DNA from: Bacteroidales bacterium
Lineage (GTDB): Bacteria > Bacteroidota > Bacteroidia > Bacteroidales > GCA-2748055
Length of the DNA: 64,000 nucleotides
Reading direction: 5' to 3'
Assembly: GCA_040880545.1 (NCBI GenBank)
Contig: JBBDIE010000158.1
Span: 9,358 to 73,357 of the forward strand
The notes beneath the pieces are model-generated. The model had not been told where the DNA came from and did not search any database. It saw only the letters and a program-made list of their open reading frames with translations. Each line of letters begins with the position of its first letter. Position 1 is the first letter of the stretch. A program made the translations under genes and the position numbers. Of the stretch, positions 1-9,001 are shown one piece after another.

Positions 1-7
1 TAAGTGG

Positions 8-409
8 CTATTCCTGGAATCTTACTTTCAAGCAAAGTCCTGCTTGAAAATCAGTATTTAATTGAAAATGATTTAGAACTGCAAATGGTTCCAAAGAGAT
101 TTTAATACTGGAATGTTTTAAGTCTCTCCACGCAAGATTATTGACTTTCACAACACGACTAGCATCAATGGAGGACCAAATTGTTGTTACTAAATAGCCG
201 GTAAGGCCAGATAAAGCTAAAATTCTACCTACATCATAATTTGATAGCGCTATGTTAAATCCTATTGGGAATAGGCTAATGCTACCTGCTGCAACTCCAA
301 GAAAGGTAAATCCTCTTTTGTATTCGTCAGTATGTATTTGGCCTAATCCTGGAATGAATAAGGATAATGCTGCAATTTCAAATGGATGGTATTTCAAAAA
401 GATTGTCAA
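8..409 (-). CDS. hypothetical small membrane protein
   Basis: 133-codon ORF starting 8 nt after the lysS stop. It initiates at TTG and has no in-frame ATG. Several hydrophobic helices and an FIPGLGQI motif are common in small Bacteroidota membrane proteins. Function unknown. Confidence 0.4.
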   Translation of the reverse strand: MTIFLKYHPFEIAALSLFIPGLGQIHTDEYKRGFTFLGVAAGSISLFPIGFNIALSNYDVGRILALSGLTGYLVTTIWSSIDASRVVKVNNLAWRDLKHSSIKISLEPFAVLNHFQLNTDFQAGLCLKVRFQE

Positions 410-416
410 CTATATG

Positions 417-2237
417 TTATACCAAAGATACAAACAACCCCTCCTCCGTCTTCTCCACCTTCGCCAGATCCTTTGCCCGCAATCCTTTGAGCGCGGTATC
501 CCACTTCTTGTTTGAGAGGCCAGTCTGGGCTTTAAGCTCGTTCAGATCGACGGGTGTTTTTTCTTTCAGAAGGTTCAACACCAGCTTTTCTTCATTGGTT
601 AGATCTGCATATTCTTCCGATACCTCAGGCAGTTTGCCCTCTTGCTCATTGTTTTTTGCCTCCTGCCTGGCCTCCGAAGCCTTGGGGGAGGCGGCCCCAT
701 CACTCTCACTCTCACTTTTCACTCTGCTTTTCTCTGGCTTCATCTGCGGGAAAAACAACACATCCTGTATACTGGTATTGTTGGTCATCAGCATGGCCAG
801 CCGGTCCATGCCCATGCCCATACCACTGGTGGGGGGCATGCCGTATTCCAATGCCCGTACAAAGTCCATGTCAATGAACATCGCCTCATCATCGCCCTTT
901 TCAGAGAGTTTTAACTGCTCCCTGAACCGTTCGTACTGGTCAATGGGATCGTTCAGCTCTGAATAGGCATTACAGATCTCCTTGCCATTGATCATGAGTT
1001 CAAAGCGTTCAGTAAGTTCCGGATTGTCTCTGTGCTTTTTGCAGAGGGGAGACATCTCCACCGGGTAATCGGTAATAAATGTGGGTTGAATATAATGGGG
1101 TTCACATTGCTCTCCAAAGATCTCATCGATCAGCTTGCCCTTGCCCATGGCAGGATCGGTCTCAATGCCCAACTCTTTGCAGATCTCACGCAATTCTGTT
1201 TCAGTTTTGCCCGTAATATCAAACCCGGTAAATTCCCTGATGGAATCGGTCATGGTAATGCGTTTGAAAGGACGTTTGAAATCAATCTCCTTGTCGCCCA
1301 GTTTCACACTGGTTATTCCATGCAGGTCCAGCGCCACCTTTTCGATCATCTCTTCAGTAAAGTCCATCATCCAGTTGTAGTCCTTGTAGGCCACGTAAAT
1401 TTCCATCACCGTGAATTCCGGGTTGTGGGTCCGGTCCATTCCCTCGTTACGGAAATCCTTGGAGAACTCATAGACACCGTCGTACCCCCCTACAATCAGC
1501 CTTTTCAGGTACAATTCGTTGGCAATTCGCAGGTATAATGGTATGTCTAGTGCGTTGTGGTGTGTTTTGAACGGACGCGCCGCAGCCCCGCCGGGGATTG
1601 GCTGCAATACAGGTGTTTCCACCTCCAGGTACCCTTTGCTGTTGAACAGTTCCCTGAGAGAATTGTATATCTGCGTCCTTTTTCTGAAGACTTCCCGTAC
1701 ATCCGGATTCACTACCAGGTCCACATAACGCTGCCTGTAACGGAATTCCGGATCGGACACCGCATGGTAGGTCTTGCCATCCTTCTCCTTTACAATGGGC
1801 AATGGACGGATGGACTTGCTCAGTACCGTGATCTCCTCCACGTGCACAGAAATTTCACCCATCTGTGTTCTGAAGGCAAAGCCCCTGATGCCAATGAAGT
1901 CGCCAATGTCAAGTAATTTCTTGAATACGGTATTGTACATGGTTTTGTCCTCTTCCGGACAAATATCATCCCTGCGCAGGTAGACCTGTATGCGTCCCGA
2001 CTCATCCTGTATCTCTGCAAAGGAGGCACTCCCCATGATCCTGCGACTCATGATCCTTCCGGCAAGGGTGATGCCCTTAAGTGTCGCTTCCTCTGTGTCG
2101 AATTTTGACTTGACTTCAGCTGATCCGTGAGAAACTTCATAAGCGGCAGCAGGGTAGGGGTCTATACCGAGTTTGCGGATCTCTTCCAGTGAGTGTCTGC
2201 GTATTTGTTGCTGTTCGGAAAGGTCTGAGTGCGTCAT
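417..2237 (-). CDS. lysS: lysine--tRNA ligase (class II) with a ~100-aa C-terminal extension
   Basis: 606 aa. Class II aaRS motif 2 [15 protein letters not shown] and motif 3 [12 protein letters not shown] are present, with an N-terminal OB-type anticodon-binding region. ATG start. Confidence 0.95.
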   Translation of the reverse strand: MTHSDLSEQQQIRRHSLEEIRKLGIDPYPAAAYEVSHGSAEVKSKFDTEEATLKGITLAGRIMSRRIMGSASFAEIQDESGRIQVYLRRDDICPEEDKTMYNTVFKKLLDIGDFIGIRGFAFRTQMGEISVHVEEITVLSKSIRPLPIVKEKDGKTYHAVSDPEFRYRQRYVDLVVNPDVREVFRKRTQIYNSLRELFNSKGYLEVETPVLQPIPGGAAARPFKTHHNALDIPLYLRIANELYLKRLIVGGYDGVYEFSKDFRNEGMDRTHNPEFTVMEIYVAYKDYNWMMDFTEEMIEKVALDLHGITSVKLGDKEIDFKRPFKRITMTDSIREFTGFDITGKTETELREICKELGIETDPAMGKGKLIDEIFGEQCEPHYIQPTFITDYPVEMSPLCKKHRDNPELTERFELMINGKEICNAYSELNDPIDQYERFREQLKLSEKGDDEAMFIDMDFVRALEYGMPPTSGMGMGMDRLAMLMTNNTSIQDVLFFPQMKPEKSRVKSESESDGAASPKASEARQEAKNNEQEGKLPEVSEEYADLTNEEKLVLNLLKEKTPVDLNELKAQTGLSNKKWDTALKGLRAKDLAKVEKTEEGLFVSLV

Positions 2238-2266
2238 TGTTATAACGTATAATTCAAAAGTTTGGG

Positions 2267-2274
2267 CAAAGATA
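2267..2274 (-). promoter_or_regulatory. candidate Bacteroidota -7 promoter box (TATCTTTG) for lysS
   Basis: Exact match to the TAnnTTTG consensus on the minus strand, 30 nt upstream of the lysS ATG. Confidence 0.45.
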
Positions 2275-2499
2275 GATAAAAGGGGGTAAAGTGCCTAAAG
2301 GGTTACAATACTTAAATGACTGCAATCTCTGGCCTGCTTTACTTTCCAATAACTGGTTTGAGGAATTCAGGTGAGTGACAAGGAATTCTAACTTTTAAAT
2401 TGCTGAAAAACAGGTGAACAGATATTAATGCTTGGTTGTTATACAGCTACCATTCAACCAGACGTTTTTTGAAATAATGTTTCACTAAAATCAGATGCT

Positions 2500-3090
2500 A
2501 TGAAAAAATTCATGTTTTTATTTGGAGTAGTAATGCTTGCAGCTCTTATGGGTTGCGAAAAGCAGGTTGTGGATCAGGATCCGCTGAACGAAAACGCTGC
2601 GGTTGATTCACAGAACAGTTTGTTAAAAGCCGGTCATTCCGGTATGAGCGCCACAGCTGTAATGCAAAATTTCCGGGCGCAATTGTCGGGCTTGAACGAG
2701 GTTCCATCGAATGATTCCCGTGCCCGGGGAGAGGCTGTATTTATGTATGATGCAGGTATGGACGCGGTTAGCTACAAGCTGATTGTTGCCAACCTGGAGA
2801 ACATTAGAATGGCTCATATCCACGCCGCACCGGCAGGTGTCAACGGAGGCGTGGTTGCATGGCTGTATCCCGCTTCACCACCGCCAAGTCTAATTGAAGG
2901 GGCAACCAGCGGAATACTTGCTGAAGGAGTAATCACCGCAGACCAATTGGTTGGTTCCATGGCAGGAATGTCCATTTCGGACCTGGTTGACTTGATGAAT
3001 TCCGAAGAGGTGTATGTTAACATTCATACAAATCAGTTTCCCGGTGGAGAGATACGCGGCCAGATTTCAATGAATAAAGGCATGCATTAA
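2500..3090 (+). CDS. CHRD domain-containing lipoprotein
   Basis: 196 aa. Signal peptide with lipobox (AALMGC). The LSGLNEVP...GEAVF...AHIHAAPAGVNGGVV...VNIHT...GEIRGQI pattern is typical of CHRD domains. Confidence 0.7.
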   Translation: MKKFMFLFGVVMLAALMGCEKQVVDQDPLNENAAVDSQNSLLKAGHSGMSATAVMQNFRAQLSGLNEVPSNDSRARGEAVFMYDAGMDAVSYKLIVANLENIRMAHIHAAPAGVNGGVVAWLYPASPPPSLIEGATSGILAEGVITADQLVGSMAGMSISDLVDLMNSEEVYVNIHTNQFPGGEIRGQISMNKGMH

Positions 3091-3145
3091 TTACCAGCTC
3101 CAGCAATTAACTATAGCACCTGACAGTTTACTGTTTAACATTATG

Positions 3146-3192
3146 AGCATCACTTTGCAGATGAAACTGCATTGTGGTGCTTTTTTTTTTTT
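3146..3192 (+). terminator. rho-independent terminator after the CHRD gene
   Basis: 15-nt arms (agcatcactttgcag / ctgcattgtggtgct) pair at 13 of 15 positions with a 6-nt loop, followed by a T12 run at 3181-3192. Confidence 0.75.
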
Positions 3193-3248
3193 GTTTCAAA
3201 AATTCTGGTTTTCAACCGATATTTGGAAGGTTCAACACATTAACTGTA

Positions 3249-3311
3249 GGAGTACTTGGAGTACTTGGAGTACTTGGAGTACTTGGAGTACTTGGAGTAC
3301 TTGGAGTACTT
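3249..3311 (+). repeat. tandem array of 7 perfect copies of GGAGTACTT (5-prime arm of an inverted pair)
   Basis: Direct reading gives 7 x 9 nt with no variants, 70 nt upstream of the four-helix-bundle ORF. Confidence 0.95.
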
Positions 3312-3380
3312 AGGGAGCTAGTGCTGGAAGTGGTTGATGTGATTGAAAATCTTGCTTCTTAACTAATTTATATCGAAATT

Positions 3381-3743
3381 ATGAATAATAAGGAGTTCGG
3401 GAAGCGGTTGGAACAGCGGACGAAGGTATTTGCAATTGAGATTATCAGACTTTCTGCAAAATTACCTGAAACTATAGAATATAGGGTAATTCGATATCAA
3501 ATGACAAAGTCTGGTAGTAGTGTGGCTGCAAATTACAGGGAAGCCAACATGTCAAGGAGTAAGGTTGATTTTTACCATAAGATTAGGGTTTGCGTGACGG
3601 AAGCTAGTGAAACTTCCTTATGGCTTGAAATCATCAATGAATTGAAAGATATGGAGCAGGGTGAACTAAATAAAATTTTGGCCGAATCAGATGAACTACT
3701 GTCCATCTTTATATCGATTTCCAATAATTTAAGAAAAAACTAA
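3381..3743 (+). CDS. four-helix-bundle protein (23S rRNA intervening-sequence protein family)
   Basis: 120 aa. Core QMTKSGSSVAANYREANMSRSKVDFYHKIRVCVTEASETSLWLEI matches the family signature (S-x-x-aNi-EG...df..fl...S..E). ATG start. Confidence 0.85.
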   Translation: MNNKEFGKRLEQRTKVFAIEIIRLSAKLPETIEYRVIRYQMTKSGSSVAANYREANMSRSKVDFYHKIRVCVTEASETSLWLEIINELKDMEQGELNKILAESDELLSIFISISNNLRKN

Positions 3744-3778
3744 ACACTTTGAAGCACCTCAAAGACCTGTAGTCCTTT

Positions 3779-3832
3779 AAGTACTTTAAGTACTCCAAGT
3801 ACTCCAAGTATTTTAAGTACTCCTCAAACTAA
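3779..3832 (+). repeat. tandem array of 6 copies of AAGTACTCC-type 9-mers (3-prime arm, reverse complement of the upstream array)
   Basis: Units are AAGTACTTT x2, AAGTACTCC x2, AAGTATTTT and AAGTACTCC. AAGTACTCC is the exact reverse complement of GGAGTACTT. A degenerate extra unit lies at 3770-3778. Confidence 0.95.
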
Positions 3833-3869
3833 TAGCCGGATACAACACCCTAAAGATCGTCAATTATAC

Positions 3870-3877
3870 TAAATTTG
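3870..3877 (+). promoter_or_regulatory. candidate -7 promoter box (TAAATTTG) for recJ
   Basis: Exact TAnnTTTG match 22 nt upstream of the recJ ATG. Confidence 0.45.
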
Positions 3878-3899
3878 TAGTAATTCTGAATGGGAAAGA

Positions 3900-5615
3900 A
3901 TGGAGAAAAACTGGGTCATAAAATCGCAGGGTGCTGAAGCTGAAGTGCTTGCTCTTAGCAGGTCGCTGGCGGTGAATAAAGTTTTGTCTAATTTACTTGT
4001 TCAGCGGGGAATTCACACATTCGAGGCGGCCAGGGTATTTTTTCGTCCGGAGCTTAGTCAGTTGCACGACCCCTTCCTGATGAAAGACATGGATGTGGCT
4101 GTAGAGCGAATCATGGCGGCCATAAAAAGTGATGAATCGGTGATGGTGTATGGTGACTATGATGTGGATGGGACCACCGCAGTGGCATTGATGTACTCAT
4201 TTTTGAAGGACCATTTGAAAAATCTCGATTATTATATTCCTGACCGGTATAGCGAAGGATATGGCGTATCCACTAAAGGGATCGATTATGCTGATGAGAA
4301 GGGGCACCGCATGATCATCGCACTTGATTGCGGGATAAAAGCTGTGGATAAGGTGGCATACGCCAGGTCGAAAGGCATTGATTTCATAATCTGCGACCAT
4401 CATACACCCGGGGGACAACTCCCGGAAGCGGTGGCAGTACTTGATCCAAAAAGGGCAGATTGCAATTATCCATATAAGGAACTCTCGGGATGTGGGGTTG
4501 GATTTAAGTTGATTCAGGCGCTTGCCCAGGCCATGGGGATTGAATTTGAAACCATTACGCACCTGCTGGACCTGGTTGTGGTAAGTATAGCATCCGATAT
4601 TGTTCCCATTAATGGGGAGAACAGGGTACTGGCTTTCCATGGGTTACAAAAATTAGCATATTCACCCCGAAAGGGACTTGAAGCAATCAAAAATGTGGCA
4701 GGATTTAGTGGAAATGATATTACCATTGAGGAGATCGTATTTAAGATCGGTCCGCGACTGAACGCTGCAGGCAGAATGGAGTCAGGTCGAACAGCAGTGG
4801 AGTTACTGGTAAGCGAGGATATGGACCAGGCGATGACCATCAGTAAAAACATCAACAATATCAATATCGAACGACGTGATGTGGACACCACCATTACCCG
4901 CCAGGCAGTGGAAATGATTCAAAAAGACAAGGAGATGCAGTTGCAGAAATCCACGGTATTATATAATCCTGAGTGGCACAAGGGAGTGATCGGGATCGTG
5001 GCTTCACGCCTGATGGACCATTACTACAGGCCAACGATTATTCTGACCAAATCAAATGGCCTGGCCACGGGCTCGGCACGGTCGGTGAATGGATTCGATC
5101 TTTACCAGGCCATTGAATCATGCAGCGACTTACTGGAGAACTTTGGTGGGCATAAATATGCAGCCGGGCTCACGATGAAAGTGAACAATATTAAGCCTTT
5201 TACAAAACGATTCGAAGAATATATTCATGATAATATTGATGCAGATCAGCTGATACCGGTTGTGGAGATTGACACTGAATTGCAGTTGGGTGAAATTGAT
5301 GATAAGTTCGTACGGGTGTTGAAACAATTCAGTCCGTTCGGACCGGAAAACATGGCTCCTGTTTTTTTTACTGAGAATGTTTCTGATAACGGGATGGGTA
5401 AAAGGGTTGGAACCGAGGGAGACCATTTAAAGTTAAACCTTGTTCAGGAGGAGAATCCGTACAAAGTTTATCCGGCCATCGCCTTTCAGAAAGGTAAAAT
5501 GTTCGAACAGATCGCAGAAGGCAAATCGTTCGATATCTGTTTCTCGGTCGAGGAGAACGAATACAGGGGACGCAGAACAATCCAGCTCAATGTGCGGGAC
5601 CTGAAGTTTGACTGA
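3900..5615 (+). CDS. recJ: single-stranded-DNA-specific exonuclease RecJ
   Basis: 571 aa. DHH-family motifs GDYDVDGTT, LDCG, ICDHHTP and the DHHA1 motif GGHKYAAG are present. Confidence 0.95.
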   Translation: MEKNWVIKSQGAEAEVLALSRSLAVNKVLSNLLVQRGIHTFEAARVFFRPELSQLHDPFLMKDMDVAVERIMAAIKSDESVMVYGDYDVDGTTAVALMYSFLKDHLKNLDYYIPDRYSEGYGVSTKGIDYADEKGHRMIIALDCGIKAVDKVAYARSKGIDFIICDHHTPGGQLPEAVAVLDPKRADCNYPYKELSGCGVGFKLIQALAQAMGIEFETITHLLDLVVVSIASDIVPINGENRVLAFHGLQKLAYSPRKGLEAIKNVAGFSGNDITIEEIVFKIGPRLNAAGRMESGRTAVELLVSEDMDQAMTISKNINNINIERRDVDTTITRQAVEMIQKDKEMQLQKSTVLYNPEWHKGVIGIVASRLMDHYYRPTIILTKSNGLATGSARSVNGFDLYQAIESCSDLLENFGGHKYAAGLTMKVNNIKPFTKRFEEYIHDNIDADQLIPVVEIDTELQLGEIDDKFVRVLKQFSPFGPENMAPVFFTENVSDNGMGKRVGTEGDHLKLNLVQEENPYKVYPAIAFQKGKMFEQIAEGKSFDICFSVEENEYRGRRTIQLNVRDLKFD

Positions 5616-5738
5616 TACGGAGCCTTTCAAGCACTTTTTTATGACTGTTGCCATACGAGAAAAATAATAATAATACACCATTTTTATTCATCCACAATAT
5701 TTGTAATTTCCCTTCCTTAAATCAAACTAAATTACATC

Positions 5739-6059
5739 ATGAAAACTTCAAGTATACGATCCCTGTCAACAGTGACGTTAATAGCTGTCTTGTTCATTAT
5801 TATAATTTCCGGCTGTTCTAATTACGAAGATATTACAGCATGTGTTCAAGGAAAAGTTTATGGCTTCTGGAACGGGCTATGGCACGGAATTATCGCACCT
5901 ATCGATCTTATTGCCATGATTTGGCGGGAAGATGTAACAGTATATGCCCCTAATAACAATGGTATTTGGTATGCCTTTGGTTTTGTACTTGGTAGTGGGG
6001 GATGGGGATTTTTAGGAAGTAAAGGAGCAAAGCAAGCAAGAAGAAAGAGGGAAAGATAG
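5739..6059 (+). CDS. hypothetical small lipoprotein/membrane protein
   Basis: 106 aa. Lipobox IIISGC, a Gly/Trp-rich hydrophobic C-terminal half and a basic tail. No recognisable family. Confidence 0.45.
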   Translation: MKTSSIRSLSTVTLIAVLFIIIISGCSNYEDITACVQGKVYGFWNGLWHGIIAPIDLIAMIWREDVTVYAPNNNGIWYAFGFVLGSGGWGFLGSKGAKQARRKRER

Positions 6060-6076
6060 GATTTGTTTTTCAAGCT

Positions 6077-8077
6077 TCACAGATCAAGCTGCAGTTGTAA
6101 TTCCGCATCCCAGATCTCATTTCCCGGCCGTACATCATACCCTGATCCTGTTTCCCATCTATGGGAGTAGCGGGTATAGCCTCCCTTGGCGCGGATGGTA
6201 ATACTGCCGGATATCCTGGCCGAGAATGTGAACACATTTCGAAGGCCGGTTCCATACCATGCGGGAAAGAGAAAGCTGTAACGGACCCCGGGCTCATAAG
6301 TATAGATCCGGTTTCCCCAATGGTTGGTATCAAAAATCAGGAACCTGTATGTGAAGCGAAATCCCTCCTGTGTATTAACTGTTACCTGTTCATAGAAAAG
6401 TTTACCTCTGTAACTCGCATTTTCTGCCAGGAGTGTTGCATATTCAAACCGGCCGGAAATTTTGAGCTTTTCAGTAAGGTCATACCTGTATTGCAATCGG
6501 TACCTGGTTTGTTGGTTGACCATGTAATTTCCATTTCCTGGTTGTCCCTCCTTAAGAAGTTCATGATGGGTGCGTCCCGTAAATCGGAATTCCACGATAG
6601 GCCCCTCGCTGAATTCGTAACTGAAACGTATGCTGTTCCGGATGTTGAATCCCGGCAAATCTGAATTATGGCGTGTTTTAATGATTCCTGAAAAATCTGA
6701 ATTAAGATAGATCCGTGCATATTTAAAGGGTGTGGTTACCAGTTCCACATTAATTCCTGATTCATTCTCCGGGTCGCCTCCTGCACCGTAGGCGTTTGGG
6801 GTAAATCCTGCAAAGTCCGGTTGGTATCTTCTTATGGATATGCTGGCAGATAATGCTGGATTAATTGCTAAAGTTGTACCAATCAGCAATGCATATCTGG
6901 CATCGTTGCCCAGGGCTGCTTCACCAAAAACTTCATAATTGGTTCCGAATCCAACTCCATAGAGGGAGATTCCAGTTCTTTGTGAATACACCGGATCCAT
7001 GGCTCCGATGGAATCCAGACCTCTGTTTGACAGTCCCAGTTTTGAATAGGTGTACGAAATTCCCGTGTAAAGCCGTTGAGCCGATCTGTTGATCGAAAAG
7101 CCTGTAGTGTGCTGGTTTGCCAGACCAAAACCATTTCTTTCGGTGGATGTTCTGTGTAATCCTGTTTTCCTTATCTGTTCGAACAGATCCGTTTTCAACG
7201 CAAAGTTATGGAATGATAAATCCTCTGGCTTGAAGGACCAGAAAAGGTCGCAGGTCCATTTTTTCATTACTGCTTCCGTATATATTCCCCTGTAGTAGTC
7301 ATACTCCATGGACGATGAGAATGGTTTTGCATAAGAGCGTCTGTAGCCATCCAGGTTCACTCCTGTTCCGTTGCTGTTGAATCCAAGGCCATGAACCAGG
7401 CCCATTCCACGGTGGATGCGGTAATTTCCCCAAATAACACTATTAATAATGCCTTGTGGTTTGTATGCAATGTAACCCGTGAAATGTTCCGGTCTCTGTT
7501 TGTTCAGCCATATTTCTCCCCGGTCCTTTTCAAAGGCACCTCCTATTGTCCACTTCCGGCCCGTATCATATTTTAGTCTGCCACTCACTTTGAATGGAGA
7601 ACCCGGGTAGCGGGAAGGGGTTGAATCCCGGGACTGAAATCCTTGTGCATAGGGAAACTGGTTGGATACATTGGACAGTAACATCCCCTTTCCCCTTTGA
7701 TACTTATCCGGAATTTTGTCATTTGAAAATGTTACCAGCGGAACAATCTGCTTCAAAAACCCCACTGTAAATCCGGGAATGACAGCAAGTTCATAGATGG
7801 TATGGAAATGGCCGTACTTTTCCCTCTGTTTCAGTATTCCATAAACCTGGAAAGGTGTGAATAATCCGGTTGCATTCAGTTCACTTTCAGTGGCGAAATT
7901 CAGATTCAGGGGATACTTTGTAAGTTCTTCGATAACTTCATACAGATGTTCGGTATCGGATGTGTTCCCGTTTTCGATGATCTCACTGGCAAGGTCCTCA
8001 AAAAGGGATAATTCCTGGCTGAAGCTGGTAATCCACGAAACAATTGGAATTAATATGAGCGCAATAAATTTTTTCAT
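6077..8077 (-). CDS. helix-hairpin-helix (ComEA-like) domain fused to a predicted outer-membrane beta-barrel
   Basis: 666 aa. Signal peptide. The N-terminal LNLNFATESELNATGLFTPFQVYGILKQREKYGHFHTIYELAVIPGF matches the ComEA-type HhH pattern. The remaining ~550 aa has alternating aromatic/Gly beta-strand composition. The ATG overlaps the upstream gene stop (ATGA). Confidence 0.65.
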   Translation of the reverse strand: MKKFIALILIPIVSWITSFSQELSLFEDLASEIIENGNTSDTEHLYEVIEELTKYPLNLNFATESELNATGLFTPFQVYGILKQREKYGHFHTIYELAVIPGFTVGFLKQIVPLVTFSNDKIPDKYQRGKGMLLSNVSNQFPYAQGFQSRDSTPSRYPGSPFKVSGRLKYDTGRKWTIGGAFEKDRGEIWLNKQRPEHFTGYIAYKPQGIINSVIWGNYRIHRGMGLVHGLGFNSNGTGVNLDGYRRSYAKPFSSSMEYDYYRGIYTEAVMKKWTCDLFWSFKPEDLSFHNFALKTDLFEQIRKTGLHRTSTERNGFGLANQHTTGFSINRSAQRLYTGISYTYSKLGLSNRGLDSIGAMDPVYSQRTGISLYGVGFGTNYEVFGEAALGNDARYALLIGTTLAINPALSASISIRRYQPDFAGFTPNAYGAGGDPENESGINVELVTTPFKYARIYLNSDFSGIIKTRHNSDLPGFNIRNSIRFSYEFSEGPIVEFRFTGRTHHELLKEGQPGNGNYMVNQQTRYRLQYRYDLTEKLKISGRFEYATLLAENASYRGKLFYEQVTVNTQEGFRFTYRFLIFDTNHWGNRIYTYEPGVRYSFLFPAWYGTGLRNVFTFSARISGSITIRAKGGYTRYSHRWETGSGYDVRPGNEIWDAELQLQLDL

Positions 8078-8916
8078 CGTGGGTGGTATGAGAGTGTTAT
8101 GGCAGGTGTTATTCCTGGTATGGACGATAAGGTGAGGGCAAAATCTACAACCATATTCCCAAAATGATGTCCTGAACCGAATGACAGGGTATGTGGGTTA
8201 TTATGGTATCCTCCCCGCAGGAAGGTTGAGGGATCAGCCACGTAGATGATACCGGTTTTGAATTGTAGTTGATCAGGGGCGAAGTAAGTAATTTCAGTAA
8301 GCAGGATCGTGTTGGAATATACCTTGTGGGAAATCCCGGTGGAGATATAAGAGGGTAACAAGGGGCCAAAGGAAGAATAATTACCGAATGATACGGGATT
8401 TTTCAGGTGGACCGCCAGGGCAGTGGCGGCTGATAGTTTGTATTGAAGCCCTGCCCCGGGTCCGACTGCCCATAAGTAGTTCCATTTATCCTGTGTAAAC
8501 GTGTTGTAATAACTGAAACTCACACCGGCAGATAATTTATCGGAAAAGTTCATTCCAAATACCAGGTCAGACTGGAAAATCCTGTAACCGGTGATCCCGT
8601 AATTTGAGATTTTTACCAGAAACGCACCGGGTGATGCTTGCAGAATTCCCTCCAGGGAGGTTACCCCAATTTCCTTTAACAAAAAAGGACGGATATGCCC
8701 GGCAGCGAAATAATTGGATTCCTTGTTTCCAAGGGAAGCTGGATTTTGAGCATGTTGCCCGTCTGATCCGGATATGGAACTCACATTTCCAAGGGCCATG
8801 CTTCGCGCGTCGGGAAAGTAACCTTGTCCCGTTGTATTGCAAAAAATGGACAAAAAAAAGACCGGAATCATTATTCCCGGTCTCCCTTTTGCCCACCTTG
8901 ATCGTGGGTATTTCAT
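8074..8916 (-). CDS. predicted outer-membrane beta-barrel protein, translationally coupled to the HhH protein
   Basis: 280 aa. Signal peptide. The N-terminal ARSMALGNVSS...NPASLG motif resembles FadL/PorV-like barrels, and the composition is beta-strand type. 4-nt overlap with the downstream gene. Confidence 0.55.
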   Translation of the reverse strand: MKYPRSRWAKGRPGIMIPVFFLSIFCNTTGQGYFPDARSMALGNVSSISGSDGQHAQNPASLGNKESNYFAAGHIRPFLLKEIGVTSLEGILQASPGAFLVKISNYGITGYRIFQSDLVFGMNFSDKLSAGVSFSYYNTFTQDKWNYLWAVGPGAGLQYKLSAATALAVHLKNPVSFGNYSSFGPLLPSYISTGISHKVYSNTILLTEITYFAPDQLQFKTGIIYVADPSTFLRGGYHNNPHTLSFGSGHHFGNMVVDFALTLSSIPGITPAITLSYHPR

Positions 8917-9001
8917 GATAATCTTCTATAATTTATTCAAAAAATAATCAATTTAAAAATTATAAAAAGTCATATCTGCTAATTAATGGTACCTGTAATG
9001 A

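Noticed and set aside
367-2029. Multiple 60-200-aa ORFs antisense to, or out of frame with, lysS (for example 367-966, 1032-1538, 1557-1916)
   Set aside because: These are shadow ORFs inside a confidently identified gene. They have low-complexity, Ser/Leu/Pro/Arg-biased translations. The same reasoning applies to antisense ORFs inside parC, parE, the liu/mevalonate genes, ftsH and the 2037-aa gene (for example 47403-47732 and 48954-49469).
3174-3362. 62-aa ORF translating as ...GVLGVLGVLGVLGVLGVL...
   Set aside because: It is simply the in-frame translation of the 9-nt tandem array. It begins inside the T-run of the CHRD-gene terminator and has no coding-like sequence outside the repeat.
3249-3832. 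Possible CRISPR array, or a DGR (the four-helix-bundle protein family is related to the DGR accessory protein Avd)
   Set aside because: The 9-mers are contiguous with no spacers, and the two arrays are inverted relative to each other. No cas genes, reverse transcriptase or template/variable repeat pair occur in the window.
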